Below, one piece after another: positions 25,549 through 32,000 of a stretch of 32,000 nt of DNA. The stretch covers positions 1,230,001-1,262,000 of the forward strand of contig NZ_AP028907.1 in NCBI RefSeq assembly GCF_036323395.1, given 5' to 3'. Both the position numbers and the translations under genes were made by a program. Below the pieces are notes generated by a model. It did no database searches. It had not been told where the DNA came from and worked only from the letters and a program-made list of their open reading frames with translations. The stretch comes from Pyrodictium abyssi (GTDB lineage Archaea; Thermoproteota; Thermoprotei_A; Sulfolobales; Pyrodictiaceae). The number at the start of each line of letters is the position of its first letter. Position 1 is the first letter of the stretch.

Positions 25549-27330
25549 ATGCGGCGTAGGGTACGGGAAGGTATGACTGCAGAGCCTGGCTCTCGCCTTC
25601 TCCCGTTCCCCGCTGGCGTGTTATTCGCTGTTGTCATCGGGTCGCTTGTCTCCGGGGGCTATGTCCTCTACCTCCACGGGCTCGCCGTGGCGTTTGCCTC
25701 GGAGCCCCTCCTAGTCCTGGCGCTGAGGCTGGCACTAGCCGCTCTGGGGCTTGCACCGTTACTCTACGGGCTGGCCCGGGTGGGGCTCCAGAGGCTACTA
25801 GGGCTCGCCAGCGGGGGAAGGCTTGGAGCGGGGCTCGCCGGGTTCCTGGTGGGTGCTGGGGCTGCTGGGCTCCTGCTCCTGGGCGTCTATGGCGTCGCGA
25901 GTACTGCTGCCCTCGTGGTCTACTGGTTCACTGGCGGGTTGGTGTCGGCTGCCGCCGTCTACGAGATAGTAACGCGTAGCCGCCGCGCCGCCGCCGGCTA
26001 CTTCGCTGTGGCTGTTCTGCTCTTCGCCCTACTGGGGCTCGTGGAACTCTACGCCCCCGTGGAGGCCAGCAAGCACATAACTGTCGAGGCGCTCGACGAG
26101 CCTATAGACGTTAACGGGCTCAAGCGCTTCATACCACTGATGACCGCCTACGCGTATGCTAGCGACCGTATACAGATACCGACCCACCGAGTCTACCCCG
26201 GGGACAGCTACGTCTACTACCTCGGCAACCACAGCGTCTACAACTGGATAATAGAGCCGGAGGGCTTCTGGAACCAGCTCACCAAGACACCGCTCGGCGC
26301 CGTGTTTGTCTACGGCGACGAGTACCCGCCGCGCGTCCTGGTGGTCGAGAGGAGGCTCGAGTGGGGGCTCCACAACAAGAGGTTCCGGCTACTCTTCCTA
26401 GACACGCTCGAGCGCCGCATAGTCCTGGCCTCTGGGCTCCGGTACAAGCCGCTGCTAGAGGACAACATAGAGGTGCTCTACGGCGGGAGGATCTACATCC
26501 TCGTGCCCCTCGTCTCCTGGACCCGGGGCCTCCTCTACAGCCTCCCTGTGCTCCACGGCTACGCCATAGTGGACGAGGACGGGGACATAGAGGTGGTGGC
26601 CGGGGACAGGCTGGCGAGCGACCCGCGGCTGAAGGGCATGCCGCTGCTCCCCGAGGCCGTCGCCCGGGAGTGGGTCGAGGCCTACCGGTACAGGGTGGGC
26701 CTGCTGGGGTTCTACCTCTATCACAACACCTACGTAATCCGCGACACGGGCACCAACCCGCAGCCCTACCTAGAGCAGGGAAGCGACGGCCAGCTCTACT
26801 GGGTGTTCGTCGCCGAGCCTCCAGGGGAGACCTACAGCGCCAAGTACATCATCTACGTCGACGCCGCCAGCATCTCGGAGCCGAGGCTGCTCTTCTACGA
26901 GCTGCCCGAGCCCGTGATAGGCGTGAGCAAGGTGGAGAGCTACGTGAAGCAGGCACACCCGACCTACGACTGGGGCGAGCTCAGCATAGAGGAGCCAATG
27001 CCCACACTACTCAACGGGGCGCTCTACTGGAAGGCCACGGTGACGACCAGGGACCACCGTGGCCTAGTCTCGGTCGACATCATAGACGCTGCTAGCGGCG
27101 AAGTAGTCTCCCTACAGCCACGGCGCCGCGTGACGTACCTAGACGCGCTCCACGCGCTCCTCCAGGGCAGAGCCGCCGAGAAGCCCGCGGCCGAGAGCCT
27201 AGAGGAGAGGATAGCGGAGCTCGAGCACCGCGTAGCAGAGGCGATAAAAGCCCTCGAGGAGATACAGCGCGAGCTACAAGAGCTGAGACAGCTAGTAGCA
27301 AACAACACCCCATCCACCAGCCAGGGATAA
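25549..27330 (+). CDS. Large membrane protein: N-terminal multi-TM bundle, about 370-aa soluble/extracytoplasmic domain, C-terminal coiled coil; family unknown
   Basis: 593 aa. Five to six hydrophobic helices fall in residues ~15-175. A Tyr/Trp-rich central region includes PQPYLEQGSDGQLYWVFVAEP and LLNGALYWKATVTT. The heptad-like tail is ESLEERIAELEHRVAEAIKALEEIQRELQELRQLV. ATG 25573 is an alternative start. Confidence 0.7.
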   Translation: MRRRVREGMTAEPGSRLLPFPAGVLFAVVIGSLVSGGYVLYLHGLAVAFASEPLLVLALRLALAALGLAPLLYGLARVGLQRLLGLASGGRLGAGLAGFLVGAGAAGLLLLGVYGVASTAALVVYWFTGGLVSAAAVYEIVTRSRRAAAGYFAVAVLLFALLGLVELYAPVEASKHITVEALDEPIDVNGLKRFIPLMTAYAYASDRIQIPTHRVYPGDSYVYYLGNHSVYNWIIEPEGFWNQLTKTPLGAVFVYGDEYPPRVLVVERRLEWGLHNKRFRLLFLDTLERRIVLASGLRYKPLLEDNIEVLYGGRIYILVPLVSWTRGLLYSLPVLHGYAIVDEDGDIEVVAGDRLASDPRLKGMPLLPEAVAREWVEAYRYRVGLLGFYLYHNTYVIRDTGTNPQPYLEQGSDGQLYWVFVAEPPGETYSAKYIIYVDAASISEPRLLFYELPEPVIGVSKVESYVKQAHPTYDWGELSIEEPMPTLLNGALYWKATVTTRDHRGLVSVDIIDAASGEVVSLQPRRRVTYLDALHALLQGRAAEKPAAESLEERIAELEHRVAEAIKALEEIQRELQELRQLVANNTPSTSQG

Positions 27331-27385
27331 TCCTTAGGCGATAAGAGACCGAAAGAGGCTATTACAGATTTATGTAAATATAGAA

Positions 27386-27781
27386 TTATGAAAAGTCTAT
27401 ACCCCCCAGCTTTAGTTCTCTTGGAGGCTTATAGAGTAGGCCTAGCTTCTTGAGGACTTCTCTTCCGAGTAGGGCTCTCCTTGCGCCTAGTGTCGTGTAG
27501 GCGCTGCAGGTTATCTTCGAGCCGCCTATCTCTACCACCGCCCTGGAGACCCTGAGCTCTATCGTGTTGCCGACGGCGGTCTGTGCTACTGCTTTCGGCT
27601 CCTCAAAGAGGTTGAGATCGAGGAGAATGTAGGTCTTTAGTGGGATTAGTATCCCTCCCTGGAACCCCGTGTCTATAATGAACTCTACCTCGGCTTCTCG
27701 GTCACCTAGCACATTGTAGACCCTAGCTCTCACCACTGGGGCGTAGTTCTCCTCGTCGTTCCTAAAGTATGTGACAGTCAC
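27386..27781 (-). CDS. Retropepsin-like (clan AA) aspartic protease, COG5550-type
   Basis: 131 aa. Catalytic D-T-G in EVEFIIDTGFQGGILIP, followed by the downstream LLGREVLKKLGL block typical of single-lobe, homodimeric retropepsin-like proteins. Confidence 0.75.
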   Translation of the reverse strand: MTVTYFRNDEENYAPVVRARVYNVLGDREAEVEFIIDTGFQGGILIPLKTYILLDLNLFEEPKAVAQTAVGNTIELRVSRAVVEIGGSKITCSAYTTLGARRALLGREVLKKLGLLYKPPRELKLGGIDFS

Positions 27782-27788
27782 TCCAGGG

Positions 27789-28205
27789 TCACCAGGGCAG
27801 CCCTAGCTCCACTCTTCTCCCGTCCCCTTGGCGGGGAAGCTGGATTATCAGCGCTTGGTCTCTGCATTCTCTCCGCGAGGCCGCTGCTGCCTCCTCGTGG
27901 CTCGGGTAGACGCCTACTAGGCGCCCGTTGCACAGGAGGGCGTATCCCTTCTGGCCTTCTAGTAGCTGTGGGTTCTCTTCGAGTACTCTAAGGTTTTCCT
28001 GGTAGGCTTGTTCGAGGCGTGCCCAGAGGCGGGCTTCCTCGTAGTCTCCTCTGCTCTCTATCCACAGCCTAACGGCCTCCTCGAATATGGAGGTTACCGT
28101 CCTGCCCTCGAGCGATGCATAGGCCTTGACAAGCCGGTAAAGCTCCTCGTCGAAGTTCTTGACCGCTACTAGCCTTGTTCTACGCAGGCTTCTAGACCCA
28201 GCCAA
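27789..28205 (-). CDS. RHH DNA-binding domain fused to a DUF5678-like domain; upstream partner of the protease
   Basis: TTG start, 138 aa. VAVKNFDEELYRLVKAYASLEGRTVTSIFEEAVRLWIE matches the RHH pattern (beta strand plus two helices). The C-terminal GYALLCNGRLVGVYPSHEEAAAAS resembles DUF5678, which I am recalling from memory. Its stop lies 7 nt before the protease start. Confidence 0.65.
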   Translation of the reverse strand: MAGSRSLRRTRLVAVKNFDEELYRLVKAYASLEGRTVTSIFEEAVRLWIESRGDYEEARLWARLEQAYQENLRVLEENPQLLEGQKGYALLCNGRLVGVYPSHEEAAAASRRECRDQALIIQLPRQGDGRRVELGLPW

Positions 28206-28210
28206 TCTAG

Positions 28211-28223
28211 TTAACCCGGTTAA
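28211..28223. promoter_or_regulatory. Perfect palindrome TTAACC-C-GGTTAA: candidate operator of the RHH-protease cassette
   Basis: Read directly from the sequence. It begins 6 nt upstream of the TTG start at 28205, the position where archaeal repressors commonly act (between the TATA box and the start). Confidence 0.3.
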
Positions 28224-28310
28224 ACCAGATGCACCGGCTAGTCTTAAGCCTTGGGGTTGAAGCCGCTACGCCATAGCCCATAGCGCGTGGACTAGAGCCG
28301 TGAACGTCGT

Positions 28311-29682
28311 CTACAGCTTCTCCGCGATCTCTCTGGCTACTGCTTCTATGCGTCTCCGGTATCTCTGGAGGGCGTTTAGCAGTGCTTCGGGGCCTCCCTT
28401 GGCTAGTAGTTTTTCCCGGACCGCGTGGGAGGCTGCTGCCTCTGGGTTCTCTAGTATCTGCTCGAGGCTGTCTGCTAGGCTTGCCATGGCCAGGTTCCAG
28501 CGGAGGTAGTTCCTCACCTTCTCCTCGCCGTGCCTGGCGGCTGCTGCCCGTAGCGCTTCTGAGAGCCTGGTGTAGGCCTTTACCAGCTTCCGGTACTCCT
28601 CCCTGTACCTGGAGGCGAAGCTGGCGAAGGGCGTGCCTTCTAGGAGGGGGAGCAGGTCGTCTATCCTCCCTGCCGCGGCTAGCCGGGCTATGCGGCGGTA
28701 CATGCTCCTGCGGGTCGCCTCGTCTACCTCTGCTGCTCCTAGGAGGCTCTGGAGCACGTACCTCCGGTTCTTGATCTTCAGCATGTAGTTCCACCAGGGA
28801 AAGCCCAGATAGGTCTCGCCCGGGAAGAGGACGACTATCCCCTCGCCGCCCAGCTCCTCGGCAGCCCTAACCAGCTCCTGGATGGTCTCTGCCTCTACCC
28901 GGCGTGGCCTGGGGAAGCCCGTGTCTGGAGCGTGTAGCACACCTCCATAGTGTCGTGCCTCCTCGCTGCAAGGAGGTAGACTCTCCACCGGGGGTCGCCG
29001 GGCGGAGCCTCGAGCTCCCTCCCTAGGCACCGGCTAAGCAGGGCACCCGGCGTTCACAAGCTCGAACATCACCGTGGTGTCCTCCTTTACGAGGCTCTCG
29101 AGCTCCCAGCCCGCCACCCTTTACAGCCGCCAGGAGTCTCTCGACGTAGAGGTTCCGTGCTGCAGGCGGCCGGTGTAGGCTCCCCCGGGTGCTTAGGAGC
29201 AGCTCACCGGTATCCGGGTCGCGGTACGCTGCCACCAGTGTGCCGTCCAGCTTCTCGGTGGCCACGAACCCGGCTCCGGGTATCCTGGAGCACTCCCGGC
29301 ACTCACGGTAGTTGAAGAACTTGGCAAAGGGCATTGCGGGCTGCTTCACCGCGCCGCCGGGGTAGTGGCGCACCACGGCCCCACGCGCAGCCGCTAGTAT
29401 GAGTCTTCGGAGATAGTCCCGGGGCTGCAGGCTGTACTTGTAGAGCAGGATACACTCCTTGCCGGAGGGGAGGAGGCACCGCCTGCTCCACATGCGGTTG
29501 ACAGCAGCCATAGCCCTGCGGATCTCGTCTAGGCCCGCCCCTGGGCCGGCTCCTACTAGCCGGGCTAGGAGGCCCTGCTCGCCGCTACTGAGCCCCTCTA
29601 GGTCCCTATAGTACACCTCGAAGGGCATGAGCAAGGGCCGGCTACACCTCCGGGCCAGCGCCCTCGGGTCCATGTACGGCAC
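28311..29682 (-). pseudogene. ATP-dependent RNA ligase of the T4 Rnl1 type, interrupted by at least three frame changes and one in-frame TAG
   Basis: The following motifs were assembled by hand across frames. Pre-motif FAKFFNYRE (T4 Rnl1 KFFNLNE). Motif I TEKLDGTLV (KxDG). Motif Ia LSTRGS. Motif III TVMFELV. WRVYLLAARRHDT. Motif IV GEGIVVLFPG. Motif V MLKIKNRRY. There is also a helical C-terminal domain. Frame breaks lie near 29110, 29045 and 28940. The track splits the gene into 29023..29682 and 28311..29030. Confidence 0.75.
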
Positions 29683-29865
29683 AGTGTAGGGCCGAAGGGC
29701 GGCACAGGCTCTCTGCCGATACTGCTACAGCACAGCTCCTAAAGAGGGCCTCTGAGCCCCCGAGGCTGGCAAGAGACACGTCATAAGCCGGTACAGCAGC
29801 GCTGCATACACGATGCCGCCCTGGAAGGGCCGGGCAGGCTCCCGGGAGAGGCGTCTTTAGCCCTC

Positions 29866-30879
29866 GTGGCGGTGTACCGGGGGCTGGGGGGCTGGCTGTT
29901 CTCCTTGCTCCCGCGGTTCGTGGATCGTGTCGAGGAGCTGCGTAGGCTTGAGGCCTACGCGCTGGAGGGGTACTACCCGGTACTCTACCTCTACGGGCCC
30001 GAGGGCTGCGGCAAGACCCGGCTCCTCCGGGAGCTCCACCAGGTGCTGAAGCAGCGCGGCGACGTGGTAGCGGTCTACGTGGATGCTCAGAGCACGTCGG
30101 GGCCCTGGGAGGCTGTGGAGGCCCCTCCGGAGCTGGCCCGGCTCCTCGCGGAGGCTGCTGCGGAGTATGCTGGGCCCCCGGGCCGGGCGGCTGCGCTGGC
30201 TCTGCTCCGCGTCCTCGGCCGGGTCCGGGAGCGGCTCGTCCGCGGCAAGCACGTCGTGGTGCTCGTGGACGATGTGGCGCGCCCCCTGGGGCTAGAGAGG
30301 GTAGAGGCCTACACGAAGAGCCTCTTAGACCTCGTGGAGAGGCTCCAGGCCCAGGGCGCTGCGAGCGTGCTAGCCCTGGCGACTACGAGCGAGGCGGCGA
30401 GCCGCAGCATCTTGGCGAGGCACAGCCACGCCTCGCTAGCCCAGCTCTGGAACCTGGGCCCCGAGGCCTTCGAGGAGCTACTAGAGGTCCTCAGCGCGCC
30501 CCGCCACGTGCGGGAGCAGGCATGGAGGCTGCTGGGCGGCAACCCCCGGCTAGCCCTAGCCCTCCGTGCGAGAGGCTGGAGGGCTGAGAGGCTCATAGAG
30601 GACACGTATCCCCGTGTACGCGCCCTCCTCGAGGAGCTCCCCAGGAGCCTCCTCCGGGGCCTAGAGGAGGCCGTAGAGGACCCGGACGCCCTGAGGGAGA
30701 ACCAGGAGCTACGCCGACACCTCGTCGAGGCGAACCTCGCCACGCCGGTGGAGAGGCCATGCCTAGGCTACACGCCCCCGCCCGACCCCGAGCAGGGGGT
30801 GGGCAGGAGCTACGTCTGGCAGACACCGCTATACCGGATACTCGCCAAAAAGTACCTAGAAGAAGCGGGGAAGCCATGA
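29866..30879 (+). CDS. Archaeal P-loop NTPase (Arch_ATPase-like), paralogue B
   Basis: FVDRVEEL, Walker A YGPEGCGKTRLLREL, Walker B HVVVLVDDVARPLGLERVEAY, and AWRLLGGNPR. Collinear with ORF 4914..5954. Divergent from the RNA ligase pseudogene, with a 183-nt spacer. Confidence 0.75.
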   Translation: MAVYRGLGGWLFSLLPRFVDRVEELRRLEAYALEGYYPVLYLYGPEGCGKTRLLRELHQVLKQRGDVVAVYVDAQSTSGPWEAVEAPPELARLLAEAAAEYAGPPGRAAALALLRVLGRVRERLVRGKHVVVLVDDVARPLGLERVEAYTKSLLDLVERLQAQGAASVLALATTSEAASRSILARHSHASLAQLWNLGPEAFEELLEVLSAPRHVREQAWRLLGGNPRLALALRARGWRAERLIEDTYPRVRALLEELPRSLLRGLEEAVEDPDALRENQELRRHLVEANLATPVERPCLGYTPPPDPEQGVGRSYVWQTPLYRILAKKYLEEAGKP

Positions 30880-31096
30880 ACCCTCTCCACCCGCCGCAGC
30901 TACGGCGTGCCGAGCCACTCCTCCTAATGGATCTACGTGAACAGGACTCGCCATGCAGCCAGAGCCGGTGCCTTGGAGCACCCTTCAGCCCGGGCAGCGG
31001 CTAGCGCACCGGCATCCCATATGCCGTACATGATGGGTTGCAGGGATGAAGGCCAGCACTGCACGGCGCCACCGCTATACATGCTGTGAGCCCGGC

Positions 31097-31491
31097 CTAG
31101 CATGTAAGCTTGTTTATGAGCTGCTTGGCCTCCTGCAGGAAGCCCTCTAGGCTGGGTTCCTCTAGGGGCTCTACTCTGCCGCCTACATGCTTGTAGTGGG
31201 GAAACGTGGCGCCTCAGCGTGGCGGGGCGCATTGTTATACCGTAGCGCATCTACATGCACACTATCCTTATCGCCGCTACCATACCCCGTTATGACTAGC
31301 TGGTACCCATAGCCTATTAGGCGGCCGCTTCTCCAGACTTCTCTGGCCTCGAGCAGCGCTCGCCTATCCACGCGGAGCCTCAGCCGTAGGACGAATGTTT
31401 CTCTGCCAGCCCTTGTCTTCACGCCGGGTAGCCGCGCTTCCGGGAAATACCTCCTCACCAGGCCTACTATGTACTCTATCCTCGGCTTCAT
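31097..31491 (-). pseudogene. DUF6516 / TumE-like putative toxin with one frameshift
   Basis: ORF 31183..31491 ends ...YGYQLVITGYG...DALRYNNAPRHAEAPRFPTTSM. Shifting frame near 31195 gives FPHYKHVGGRVEPLEEPSLEGFLQEAKQLINKLTC(stop 31097-31099). This restores the family hallmark RYDNAPHH...FPHHKH as I recall it. The span is 3n+2 nt. Confidence 0.6.
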
Positions 31492-31496
31492 GCTGC

Positions 31497-31808
31497 TTAC
31501 CTCAGCCTGGAAAGCACCTTCTCTATATTCTCTACCTCCTCAACAATCTCTTCCCGGGCCAACGCTAGCCCGTGCCACTCTACGGCATCCAGGTCGGCTT
31601 CTTCGGGAAGCCTCCACTCCCCTCTAGCCCTGGCACACTCCTCGTACATCCTCATAAACTCCCTAGTCGGCATACCATACCGCTCCTCATACTCCCGTAG
31701 CTCCGCCTCGACCCTCTGAAGCCTCTTCCTTAGCCTCTCCAGCTCCCGCTCAAGAGCAGCAATCACTGATCCTATCTCCCTCCTCTCTAGCCTAACCTCA
31801 ATAGCCAC
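31497..31808 (-). CDS. Small coiled-coil protein, upstream partner of the DUF6516-like gene (putative antitoxin)
   Basis: 103 aa. Heptad region LERELERLRKRLQRVEAELREYEERYGMPTREFMRMYE, followed by an acidic W-containing tail. Its stop lies 5 nt before the downstream gene start, so the two probably form an operon. Confidence 0.55.
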   Translation of the reverse strand: MAIEVRLERREIGSVIAALERELERLRKRLQRVEAELREYEERYGMPTREFMRMYEECARARGEWRLPEEADLDAVEWHGLALAREEIVEEVENIEKVLSRLR

Positions 31809-32000
31809 TAAGGAGCCCCAGGAGCACTAGAATAACGGCTACCAGGGCTAAATAGCGCCACTACCCAGGATACTGTAGAGGATGGCCATACACCGTGGAG
31901 GCTCTAGACCCCGTAGATAGCGTGAAAACAGTACTGTGTGTCAGGGCCCGCAGCCCCGTTCCGAAGGACGGGGGAAGTTAAGGCGGCCATCATGGCAGCC

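Noticed and set aside
4914-30879. The two paralogous ATPase genes as direct terminal repeats bounding a 25-kb mobile element
   Set aside because: They are diverged at both protein (about 45% by eye) and DNA level. The interval contains the essential pur operon and purM, and no integrase or att-like long repeat is present.
31954-31973. Strong hairpin CCCCGT(T)CC-GAA-GGACGGGG near the window end, possibly part of an ncRNA
   Set aside because: It is too close to the window edge to judge and I recognised no flanking RNA-family signature (tRNA, SRP, RNase P). It is left unassigned.
1-32000. Search by eye for CRISPR arrays, tRNA/rRNA genes, transposases, integrases and long terminal or inverted repeats
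   Set aside because: I saw no regularly spaced direct repeats, no T-loop or acceptor-like tRNA structures, no rRNA-like stretches and no DDE or tyrosine/serine recombinase motifs. A proper scan (tRNAscan-SE, Infernal, CRISPR finders) is still advisable.

Overview
High-GC archaeal chromosomal segment. Hand counts give about 70% GC in core genes and 42-50% in several short islands. Codon usage (ATA/AGG/CTA, many TAG stops, GTG/TTG starts), 4-13 nt gene overlaps and gene content suggest a hyperthermophilic crenarchaeon of the Desulfurococcales type (Aeropyrum/Pyrodictium-like); this is inference only. Core content: an eight-gene de novo purine operon on the minus strand (purC-purS-purQ-purL-purF-purF'-purD-purT, 23746..14529), a separate purM, an M32 carboxypeptidase, a membrane-anchored DsbA-like oxidoreductase and a radical-SAM enzyme. 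Accessory content: an intact MNT-HepT pair, a DUF104-PIN pair, an RHH-PIN pair, a DUF6516/TumE-like pair, three archaeal P-loop ATPases (two are diverged paralogues), a T4 Rnl1-type RNA ligase, a DUF89 gene, an ammonium-transporter remnant and a 593-aa membrane/coiled-coil protein. There is also an intact cassette of an RHH/DUF5678-like protein plus a retropepsin-like aspartic protease. Main pattern: at least seven accessory genes are broken by frameshifts or stops, while roughly 14 kb of housekeeping genes are intact. I recognised no rRNA, tRNA, CRISPR array, transposase or integrase. The best candidate for an undescribed system is the RHH-protease cassette (27386..28223), together with the adjacent RNA ligase and divergent ATPase. 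All family calls come from motif recognition by eye and need HMM or BLAST confirmation.
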